19,856 nt of DNA, taken from the NCBI GenBank assembly GCA_938091905.1, contig CALKOM010000016.1:1-19856 (forward strand). The letters are read 5' to 3'. A program made the translations under genes and the position numbers. Under the pieces are notes generated by a model that saw only the letters and a list, made by a program, of their open reading frames with translations, was not told where the DNA came from and did not search any database. Origin of the DNA: an uncultured Verrucomicrobiales bacterium. GTDB taxonomy: Bacteria; Verrucomicrobiota; Verrucomicrobiia; Verrucomicrobiales; DEV007. This document shows positions 7,910-15,794 of the stretch, piece after piece (within the stretch, counting starts at the first letter, position 1; each line of letters starts with the position of its first letter).

Positions 7910-9280
7910 ATGAACCCTTCCAGCATCCTCCTGCGATGGGCAGCCCTCTGTTGCCTCCTGCTAACGCCGCCCTCCATGGGCGCCGCAGAACAACCCAATC
8001 TGGTCTTCATCATCGCCGATGACCTGGGCTGGGCAGATGTCGAGTTCCATGGCGGCAACACACCCACACCCAATCTCAATCGGTTGCTCGCTGAAGGTGT
8101 GGAATTGAAACAACACTATGTCGCTCCCGTTTGCAGCCCGACCCGGGCTGGCTTTCTAACAGGGCGCTATTGGAGTCGCTTTGGGATCACCACACCGATC
8201 AACAACCGCGGTCTGCCCTTCGAAACCGTCACCGTGGCGAAAGCGCTAAGCGATGCTGGCTATGCCACCGCCTTGATCGGCAAATGGCATCTCGGCTCCA
8301 AGCCCGAATGGGGTCCCAATCACTTTGGTTTCGACCACAGCTACGGATCGCTCGCAGGCGGCGTGGCTCCCTACAATCATCACTATAAAAAAGGCCCGTA
8401 TTCCTCCACCTGGCATCGCAATCAAAAACTGTTCACAGAGAAAGGGCACGTCACCGATCTTCTCACCGACGAGGCTGTGCAATGGATCAAGAATCAGACC
8501 ACCCCAACCGCCACCAGGCCCTTCTTTCTCTACCTTCCATACACCGCCGTCCACTTACCCATTCGCGAACCAGAGGAATGGATGAATCAAGTCCCGACCG
8601 AAATCAAAGGCGAGGTCCCGCGCCAGTATGCCGCCTGCATCATGCACTTCGACGCTGCAGTCGGCCGGATCGTCGAGGCCATCGACCAAGCCGGACAAAG
8701 AGATAACACCCTCATCGTCTTCACCAGTGACAATGGCGGCTCCACCGCCGAGAACAACGACACCAAGTATCCGGACGACCAGTGCCCTAACGGAAAACTT
8801 ACTGGAAACAACCTCCCCTTGCGAGGCAAGAAAGGAACGCTCTACGAAGGTGGCATCCGCGTTCCCACCGTCGCACGCTGGCCAGGCAAAATCACTCCCG
8901 ACACCGCCTACGAATTCCCCGCCTGCGTGATCGACTGGATGCCCACCTTCTGTGCCCTAGCAAATGCCAAGGCAGATGCAGACACGCTGAAATGGGACGG
9001 CCTCAATCTCTGGCCTAGCCTAACGGGCGCAGCACCACCCGCCAAACGATCTTTCCACATCGCCGGCACCAGAAATAGCTGGGCACTCCGTAGCGCCGAC
9101 TGGAAATTGATCTTAACGCAACCCAAGAAGGGCGACTCAAAGATCGAACTCTTTAACCTTGGCACCGACCCAAACGAAACGACCAATCTCGCCGAAGCCA
9201 AGCCCAAGATCGTCGACGAACTGAGGGCGACAATGGAACAACAACGGCAACACGATCTCACCTCCCGCGGTGGTCTGTAG
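7910..9280 (+). CDS. Secreted arylsulfatase (formylglycine-dependent S1 sulfatase, Cys type)
   Basis: 456 aa with a signal peptide and motifs PNLVFIIADDLGW, CSPTR (Cys75 at 8132), LTGRY, GKWHLG, GFD, TSDNG, LRGKKGTLYEGGIRVP and LFNLGTDPNETTNLA. Confidence 0.95.
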   Translation: MNPSSILLRWAALCCLLLTPPSMGAAEQPNLVFIIADDLGWADVEFHGGNTPTPNLNRLLAEGVELKQHYVAPVCSPTRAGFLTGRYWSRFGITTPINNRGLPFETVTVAKALSDAGYATALIGKWHLGSKPEWGPNHFGFDHSYGSLAGGVAPYNHHYKKGPYSSTWHRNQKLFTEKGHVTDLLTDEAVQWIKNQTTPTATRPFFLYLPYTAVHLPIREPEEWMNQVPTEIKGEVPRQYAACIMHFDAAVGRIVEAIDQAGQRDNTLIVFTSDNGGSTAENNDTKYPDDQCPNGKLTGNNLPLRGKKGTLYEGGIRVPTVARWPGKITPDTAYEFPACVIDWMPTFCALANAKADADTLKWDGLNLWPSLTGAAPPAKRSFHIAGTRNSWALRSADWKLILTQPKKGDSKIELFNLGTDPNETTNLAEAKPKIVDELRATMEQQRQHDLTSRGGL

Positions 9281-9547
9281 ACATACCAGGGCGTTTTATA
9301 ACATAAACACACGTCTTGCTGGCCACCGAGAAACAGATTCGGAAGAGTTATCCCTGTTATGTACTAGCATCTCAATCAACCGGGCTCCGGGGTGAAACTC
9401 GTCTGAGGAAGAGACGGTGATCCCAGCGTTTGCCTCACGTTCATGCGAGATCGAATGGCCACGTCACGAGCGGGCGCTCGAGGCGCTTGAACTTACCTTG
9501 CCAGATTTCCGCTTCTCACCGCTGCTGCCAAATGCCATTGTCCGGGC

Positions 9548-10690
9548 ATGCGCTGCATTCCTCAGATCATACTCTTCGGGTGGGTCTCCACCATTGGCAT
9601 CGCGCAGGAGAATGAACTGGCACCGTTTGTCGACTATCCGAAACAAACCGGCGCCTATTTGCAGCGTATACAAGAAGGCGAGCAATCGCACGCCTTCAAT
9701 GCCGATGCCTCACGGGACATTGCCACATGGCAGCGAGATGCGCGCCGAGCGCTCAAGGATCTCACCGGATTGACCCGAATGCATCGGGACCTCGGTCAAT
9801 TTGAACCCACGATCGCGATGGGTGATCCAGTGACCGTGGACGATGCCTTTTCACGAACCCATGGCACCATCGAAACCGAACCGGACATCACGATCCCATT
9901 CTATTTGTTAGTCCCCAAAGGCACCAGTCTAACAGAGAAACGACCGCTTATGCTTTGCCCACACGGTCATGATACCAAAGGCTTTCACTCCTACGCCGGC
10001 GCCTATCTCAATGAGGATCACGCCAAAGAAATCGCGAGCCGAGAAGGCAACATTGCCGAACAAGCGGCCCGACGCGGCTTCGTCGCGATTGCTCCGGCCA
10101 CGCGTGGGCTTGCCTCCGAAGTGATCGTCCCCGATCCCAAAGGGCGTCATGGCAAACGACCTTGCCGCGCTCAGCTCATGCACTGCCTTGTCGCTGGCCG
10201 AACGCCGCTCGGCGAACGCCTTTGGGACATGCAACGTCTCCTCGACTGGGCTTGCAAACTGCCCCAAGTAGACTCACAGAAGATCCTGATGACGGGAAAT
10301 TCCGGAGGCGGCGTGCTCACGGCTTACACCGCCGCCATCGACACGCGGATCACGGTCGCCATCCCAAGTTGTTCGTTCACCTCACTTACCAGCCGCGAAG
10401 GCTTTCTGTTTCATTGTGATTGTTGCCTGGTGCCCGGGTTGCGAGACTGGGGAGACTGGAAAGAAATTGGGGGCCTCGTGGCACCCCGTCATCTGTTGAT
10501 CGTCCATGGACGGACAGACGGATTGCATCATCGCGCCACCGTTGAACGCACGGCCCAATCGGTAGCCACCATTTACAAGCAGGCTGGCGTCCCCCAGCGG
10601 ATGCGATTGCAATGGGGGGAAGAAGGCCATCGTTTCTATCCCCAATTCATGTGGCCCTTTGCCGAACAAGCCTTTTCTCTTCAGAAGTAG
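9548..10690 (+). CDS. Secreted alpha/beta hydrolase (acetylxylan-esterase/dienelactone-hydrolase-like)
   Basis: 380 aa with a signal peptide, PFYLLVP, LCPHGH, nucleophile GNSGGG (Ser at 10301), AAIDTRI, HCDCCLVPG, APRHLLIVHGRTD (Asp) and GHRFY (His). Confidence 0.88.
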   Translation: MRCIPQIILFGWVSTIGIAQENELAPFVDYPKQTGAYLQRIQEGEQSHAFNADASRDIATWQRDARRALKDLTGLTRMHRDLGQFEPTIAMGDPVTVDDAFSRTHGTIETEPDITIPFYLLVPKGTSLTEKRPLMLCPHGHDTKGFHSYAGAYLNEDHAKEIASREGNIAEQAARRGFVAIAPATRGLASEVIVPDPKGRHGKRPCRAQLMHCLVAGRTPLGERLWDMQRLLDWACKLPQVDSQKILMTGNSGGGVLTAYTAAIDTRITVAIPSCSFTSLTSREGFLFHCDCCLVPGLRDWGDWKEIGGLVAPRHLLIVHGRTDGLHHRATVERTAQSVATIYKQAGVPQRMRLQWGEEGHRFYPQFMWPFAEQAFSLQK

Positions 10691-10739
10691 TTTCAAATCG
10701 GAGAACTCACGATTCCTAACCACCCGTCCACTAGCAGTC

Positions 10740-12374
10740 ATGAAATCTTTAAGACTAGTTCTTCTACTCATTCTCCCACTCTCATCTCTCGATATCTTTG
10801 CCCAAGCGGCGGGCGAATGGGCGAACGCATACGAACCCAAGGTGCATGACGAATTGCCCTATCGTCTCATGAGTCCCTTGGGCTTCGATCCCAACAAACG
10901 CTACCCCGTGATCGTCTCCCTCCATGGCAGTGGCGAGAAGGGCACTGACAATCATAAACAATTGAAGCAATGGAATCAACAGCTCGCCGAGGAGCAGATT
11001 CGCAAAGACTACCCTTGTTATGTCCTAGCACCTCAATCAACCGGACTCTGGGGTGAAGCTCATCTGAGAAAGATCCAGGCGATTATCGCCGAGCTCGCAG
11101 CGGCCGACAGAAACCGCATCTACATGATGGGCCATTCCATGGGAGGTCATGGAGCTAACATCCTCACACAAATCGCTCCGAAATACTTTGCAGCCATCGC
11201 GCCATCCGCCGGAACAGGATTGAAGCGGACGGAAGAGTTCATCGATCCTTCCAAGATGAAAGACGTTCCCATCTGGGCGTTTCATGGCGATCAGGACAAG
11301 GTCTGCCCGTATGATCGCAATCTCGACCTTTTCCAGAATCTAAAAGAGTTGGGTGGCAACATGAAGCTCACCACCTTCAAAGGCGACGGACACGGCATCG
11401 CTGGAAAAATAATTCCTGGCGCGGAAAACGGCAGCACACGCATGAGTGGAGAACGCTGTGATCCCGAACCCGATTTCTTAAAATGGCTGTTCGCGCAGCG
11501 CTTGCCCAGCAATCAGGCAGCGTCTGGGGAGAAGGAGGAGGAGAAGACGGACGTCCCCAGCACGTTTCAGACATTCAATCATAACGAGGTCGAGAGACGC
11601 TACTTGATTCACCTTCCCAAGGATCTTCCTGACAAGGCTCCCTTGGTATTCCTACTCCACGGCTATCGTGGTGATGCGCGCGGTTACATGGAACTGGGCA
11701 TGAATCGTGTGGCCGACGCTAACGGATTCGCTGTCTGTTATCCTCAGGGTGAGAAAGATCGCAAGGGTATCCCGCACTGGAATGCCCGTTTCAAGATTAG
11801 CAAGGTCGACGACATCGGTTTCCTCTCAGCGCTCGCGGTCCATTTGCAGACCGAGCACAAGCTCGACCCTGACAAGACCTTCACTTGTGGCATCTCCAAC
11901 GGCGGCTTCATGAGCTACACCTTGGTGGCGGAGAAACCAGACGTGTTCAAAGCCGCGGCGTCCATCATCGGCACCATGAGCGGCTACACTTGGAAACACC
12001 GCGATCAGATCAAGCCCGTATCCATCCTGCAACTCTCAGGCCTCGACGATAAGATTATTCCCTACGACGGGAGCATGTCGCCCAAGGGCGGCTGGGGAGG
12101 CGCGCCGAACCAAGACGTCATCATGGATTTCTGGAAATCCCTCAATCAAACCAAGACCGAAGACATCGTGAAGATCTCAGACAAGACGACGGCGCACTAC
12201 TACAAAGACGGCGTGAACGGGAACCAAGTCTGGCATTACAAGATCAAACGATTCGGGCACCGTTTCCCGCACAAAGGGAACGGCACGGGGATCAGTTCGG
12301 CTGAAGAAATCTGGAGGTTCTTCGGAGCAGTGAGCCGTAAATCAGAAGAAAGAAAGGTCCCAAAGACGGACTAA
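10740..12374 (+). CDS. Secreted tandem alpha/beta-hydrolase: predicted peptidase/phospholipase-carboxylesterase domain fused to an LpqC/PHB-depolymerase-like esterase domain
   Basis: Likely start ATG 10740 (MKSLRLVLLLILPLSSLDIFAQ signal), 544 aa. Domain 1: LPYRLMSP, YPVIVSLHGSGE, APQ, GHSMGG, WAFHGDQD, GDGHG, WLFAQR. Acidic linker. Domain 2: RRYLIHLP, LVFLLHGY, VADANGFAVCYPQG, WN, DDIGFL, GISNGG, GLDDKIIPY, GHRFP, IWRFF. Confidence 0.88.
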   Translation: MKSLRLVLLLILPLSSLDIFAQAAGEWANAYEPKVHDELPYRLMSPLGFDPNKRYPVIVSLHGSGEKGTDNHKQLKQWNQQLAEEQIRKDYPCYVLAPQSTGLWGEAHLRKIQAIIAELAAADRNRIYMMGHSMGGHGANILTQIAPKYFAAIAPSAGTGLKRTEEFIDPSKMKDVPIWAFHGDQDKVCPYDRNLDLFQNLKELGGNMKLTTFKGDGHGIAGKIIPGAENGSTRMSGERCDPEPDFLKWLFAQRLPSNQAASGEKEEEKTDVPSTFQTFNHNEVERRYLIHLPKDLPDKAPLVFLLHGYRGDARGYMELGMNRVADANGFAVCYPQGEKDRKGIPHWNARFKISKVDDIGFLSALAVHLQTEHKLDPDKTFTCGISNGGFMSYTLVAEKPDVFKAAASIIGTMSGYTWKHRDQIKPVSILQLSGLDDKIIPYDGSMSPKGGWGGAPNQDVIMDFWKSLNQTKTEDIVKISDKTTAHYYKDGVNGNQVWHYKIKRFGHRFPHKGNGTGISSAEEIWRFFGAVSRKSEERKVPKTD

Positions 12375-12387
12375 TGGATGTCGCTAC

Positions 12388-12417
12388 AGCACTCGAAGCG
12401 GTCTGCTTCCAGGTGCT
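12388..12417. terminator. Imperfect hairpin between convergent genes (possible terminator)
   Basis: AGCAC-TC-GAAGC (12388-12399), loop GGTCT, GCTTC-CAG-GTGCT (12405-12417), in the 102-nt gap between converging stops. No U-tract on either side. Confidence 0.2.
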
Positions 12418-12476
12418 TGCAAAGTGCGAGTCTGCGAATAGGTGGAGTCCTTGAGCCGACGACAACATTGCTTGCC

Positions 12477-13839
12477 TCACAAAGTCCATCCCTTCCGGTA
12501 TTCTCTTTGCACGAACTGATTGGCAGATTCGTTGTTGGTGACGCGCATGTTAGGGCCGTCCCAAAGTAAGGGGCCTTCGGCGCGAATGGCGAGATTCCCG
12601 AGCAGCACGACTTCGGTCATCGGACCGGAATAGTTAAAGTTGGAGCACGCGGGCTCCCCGCCTTTGCAGGCGTCTATCCAGTTCTGCTCATGACCGTCTT
12701 TGACGCGCGGAATGGTCTTGGCGGGCCTTTCAAAATCCTCCATGCGTGACAACGGGATCAAGGTCGGTTTGCCGCCGTGGGACTTGTGCATGATCTTGCC
12801 CTTGTCCCCAACATAGAGACAGCCATCGACCAGCCATTCGTCTTCTGGCCCGAGTTCCGCAGGGCGCGGAGGCTTGTGGCCTCCGTCATACCAGTGCATG
12901 CGTACCGGAGGCAGGTCCTCACGCGCGGGAAACTGGTAAGTGATGATGGAAGCGAGTGGCGCCGTTTCCGAATTAATGTGAGAGCTGCTGGCTTCAACGC
13001 TCTCCGGGTGACCTAACTTCAGCGCCCAGTAGGGATGGTCGATGATGTGGCAGCCCATGTCTCCCAAAGCGCCGGTGCCGAAGTCCCACCAGCCGCGCCA
13101 GTCAAACGGCACATAGCTCGGATGATAGTCCCGGTGGGGCGCCGGCCCTAACCAAAGATCCCAATCCAAAGTATCAGGATACGGGCGGCTTGTCCCCTGG
13201 CCGCGTGGCAACACCCTGTGGCCAATACATCTTGCCTTCAAAACGTGTCCCGCGAAGGGGTCGATCGCTCCAGCAGTGCACCTCGCGCACCTCACCGATC
13301 ACCCCAGCGCGGATCCACTCCACCGTCTGGCGCGCGCCTTCGGAAGAGTTGCCCTGGTTTCCCATCTGTGTGGCAACTCCGTATTTGCGTGCGGCTTCTG
13401 TCAATTGCCTTGCCTCCCAGATGGTATGAGTCAGAGGCTTTTCGGTGTAGACATGCTTGCCCCGCCGCATGGCCTCCATGGTCGCGACGGCGTGCGTGTG
13501 GTCGGGCGTTGCCACAATCACCGCATCGATCTCATCGCCCATCTTGTCTAACATCACGCGATAACCCTTGAACCTCTTTGCCTTGGGAAACTGCTTGAAG
13601 CTCTCGGCACCGCGGTCCCAATCGACATCGCACAGCGCCACAATGTTCTCTCCTGCCCTTCTTCCGATGACGGGAGCCCCTCTGCCCCCGATGCCGATGC
13701 CCGCGATATTCAGCTTGTTGTTAGGCGACTGCGCACGAAGCCCCGAGGTGATGAAGCCGGTGAAGGCTCCAGCCGATGCAGTGCGCTTGATAAAATCCCG
13801 GCGTTTGATCTGCCTCTACTGATGCGGTGAATGATTCAT
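12477..13839 (-). pseudogene. Disrupted Tat-type Gfo/Idh/MocA family oxidoreductase
   Basis: The reading from ATG 13839 is MNHSPHQ*RQIKRRDFIKRTASAGAFTGFITSGLRAQSPNNKLNIAGIGIGGRG...ENIVALCDVD, with an in-frame TAG at 13818-13816. It continues into ORF 13641-13174 (ATPDHTH, HVYTEKPLTH, TQMGNQG, IGEVREVHCW). One extra base near 13179-13180 (CCC GTA T CCT GAT) shifts the frame into ORF 13295-12477 (PDTLDWDLWLGPAP, WRGWWDFGTGALGDMGCHIID, WYDGG, EYRKGWTL). Confidence 0.85.
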
Positions 13840-13938
13840 GGAGTGTATATTTACCGCCTTCCGATGTTCCTGTCAGCAATGTTCGTGCGCAGTGTCAGTA
13901 AATAATGACCGAGCTTTTCACCGAAGGCCGCGTAGCCT

Positions 13939-15756
13939 ATGGGTTCGATCATGTTCTTTCAATTTTCCGACAGGCACCGCAAGACGCCGACCAGAGCGTT
14001 CGCTCTCACCCTACTCCTGGCACTGGCCTGGCTGCCCGCAACAAGCCAGGCTCTAAACATTGCCCAAGGATGGCGCTTCACCACGGGCGACAACGCTGCT
14101 TGGGCGCAGCCCGAGTTCGATGATTCGACTTGGAAGCCGATCGAGATCGGCAGGCCTTGGGAGAAGGCGGGCCACAAGGACTACGACGGCTACGGGTGGT
14201 ATCGGCTGCGGGTGAACGTGCCGAAAGCGGAAAGTGAGAGTGCCTACTTCAAGCAATATCAGAGACTGACGTTGTTGCTAGGAGCGGTGGACGATGTGGA
14301 TGTGACGTATTTCAACGGTGTGGAAGTGGGGCGGACCGGCTCGGTACCGGATGATACCAAGGGACACTACAAAACGAACCGGTGCTACGATGTACCCGCC
14401 AAACACATTCGGTGGGATGCCGAGAATGTGATCGCCGTGCGCGTGTTTGACAGCGACGGCGACGGAGGAATGCACAAGGGGATACCGACGCTGTTGCCAC
14501 CGGTGTGGAACGATTTCGTGACGGTCGACATCGACCATGGCCACGCCAACGGGATCTACCCGTCAGGTGCGCCGATGGATTTGTCAGTCACAATACAAAA
14601 CACGGCGTTTGAGACTATTAAGGGCACGGTGCGGTTCCAAGTCGGGAGCGACACCTGGCTGGCCGACCAACGTGAAACCTTCTCCGATATCTCCAAACCC
14701 GTACAGCTCTCAGCCGGGAAGTCGCACATCGAGACTCTGACATTCGAGCCCCCGGCAGCCGGCTTCTACCAGGTCACCTGCACGTTCACACGCGACGGCG
14801 ACAAGACACCCATCTCGCAATCGAGGATGCGCGGGTATGCACCGGAGAAGATGGATCGCCCTACCGACGCCCCCAAAGATCTGCGCGCCTTCTGGGACAA
14901 GACAATTGCAGAGCTCGCCACCGTCGCGCCGCAATACAAAGTCGAGCCGAGCCCGAAGTGGAGTACGGAACAGACCGATTGCTACCTCGTGGAAATGCGC
15001 AGCCTTGGCGATGTTAGGATTCGCGGGTGGTTCGAAGTGCCCAAGTCTCCTGGGCCGCATCCTGTGTTGTTGAGGGTGCCGGGCTACACCCAGGGGATGA
15101 TGCCGTCGAAATCGATTCCGGACATGGCAGTGTTCTCGCTCAACATCCGAGGCCACGGCAACAGCACCGACGACGAGCCCGCGTATCAATGGTGGGGACC
15201 GGGCGACTATCTCCTACGTGGGCTGGACGATCCGCAGAAGTTCTTCTACCGCGGAGCCATCATGGACTGTCTGCGCGGGGTCGATTTCGTGGCTTCGCGA
15301 CCCGAGATCGACACCAAGCGCATCGCCATCACGGGAGGCAGCCAAGGGGGAATGCTCTCATTCGCCACGGCAGCACTCGACAAGCGCATCGCACTCAGTG
15401 CGCCGGATATCCCCTTCATCCCCGACTCCATGAAGGCATTCAAGATGACGTCTTGGCCAGGGATGGTCATCCGGCACTGGCTGGGCCGAGATCCCAAGAA
15501 CACGTGGGAACTGGCGAGCGCGACCTTCAGTTACGTTGATCCAAAGAACCTTGCGGGATGGATCGACTGCCCTGTCTTTATGGGGGTCGGCTTGCAGGAC
15601 AACGCGGCCCCCGCTCCAGCAGCCTTCGCCGCCTACAACCAGCTCCGTAGCCCGAAGGAATACCGCGTCTACCCCGAAGCGGGCCACAGCACACCGCCCG
15701 AGCATGGAGTGGCGAAGATAGCGTGGATACGAGAACGGTTTGCCATGGCCAAATGA
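13939..15756 (+). CDS. Secreted acetylxylan esterase / CE7-like deacetylase with N-terminal sugar-binding jelly-roll and Ig-like domains
   Basis: 605 aa (start 13939 or 13951) with signal ...ALTLLLALAWLPATSQA. The N-domain WRFTTGD..WAQPEFDDSTW.PI...PWE...YDGYGWYR..., LGAVDDVD.TYFNG..VG, ENVIAVRVFD..GDGG resembles GH2-type sugar-binding domains. A beta-rich middle domain follows. The CE7-like C-domain has PKDLRAFW, RVPGY, IRGHG, FFYRGAIMDCLRGVDF..SRPEID, GGSQGG (Ser 15340), GLQD and YPEAGH. Confidence 0.88.
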   Translation: MGSIMFFQFSDRHRKTPTRAFALTLLLALAWLPATSQALNIAQGWRFTTGDNAAWAQPEFDDSTWKPIEIGRPWEKAGHKDYDGYGWYRLRVNVPKAESESAYFKQYQRLTLLLGAVDDVDVTYFNGVEVGRTGSVPDDTKGHYKTNRCYDVPAKHIRWDAENVIAVRVFDSDGDGGMHKGIPTLLPPVWNDFVTVDIDHGHANGIYPSGAPMDLSVTIQNTAFETIKGTVRFQVGSDTWLADQRETFSDISKPVQLSAGKSHIETLTFEPPAAGFYQVTCTFTRDGDKTPISQSRMRGYAPEKMDRPTDAPKDLRAFWDKTIAELATVAPQYKVEPSPKWSTEQTDCYLVEMRSLGDVRIRGWFEVPKSPGPHPVLLRVPGYTQGMMPSKSIPDMAVFSLNIRGHGNSTDDEPAYQWWGPGDYLLRGLDDPQKFFYRGAIMDCLRGVDFVASRPEIDTKRIAITGGSQGGMLSFATAALDKRIALSAPDIPFIPDSMKAFKMTSWPGMVIRHWLGRDPKNTWELASATFSYVDPKNLAGWIDCPVFMGVGLQDNAAPAPAAFAAYNQLRSPKEYRVYPEAGHSTPPEHGVAKIAWIRERFAMAK

Positions 15757-15794
15757 CCCTGCCACTCACGAACTCGAGGCTTGGTAAGATTGAA

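Noticed and set aside
9347..9360. Partial resemblance to an I-SceI site / LSU rRNA segment (CCCTGTTAT)
   Set aside because: Only about 9 nt match and there is no surrounding rRNA or intron similarity.
9394..9416. Hammerhead-like core words GAAAC...GTC and CTGAGGA
   Set aside because: The motifs overlap, leaving no room for stem I, and stem III would have only a 2-nt loop.
9389..9429. TPP-riboswitch-like words in the right order (GGGGTG, CTGAG, TGATC, CCAGCGT)
   Set aside because: The ACCC strand to close P2, the P4 CCT/AGG pairing and the P5 TAAT loop are all missing, the element is too short, and the downstream gene is unrelated to thiamine.
9417..9773. 118-aa ORF partly filling the intergenic gap
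   Set aside because: It overlaps the hydrolase out of frame, has Arg/Ser/Pro-rich shadow-ORF composition, and shows no recognisable motif.
13816..13818. In-frame TAG as possible stop-codon reassignment or pyrrolysine
   Set aside because: TAG is the genuine terminator of six other genes in the window (ending at 1845, 2527, 7872, 9280, 10690 and 15795), and no pyl genes are visible.
13919..13927. CACCGAAGG, a glycine-riboswitch-like word
   Set aside because: There is no upstream GGAGA or downstream CTCTCAGG element and no space for the aptamer before the start codon.
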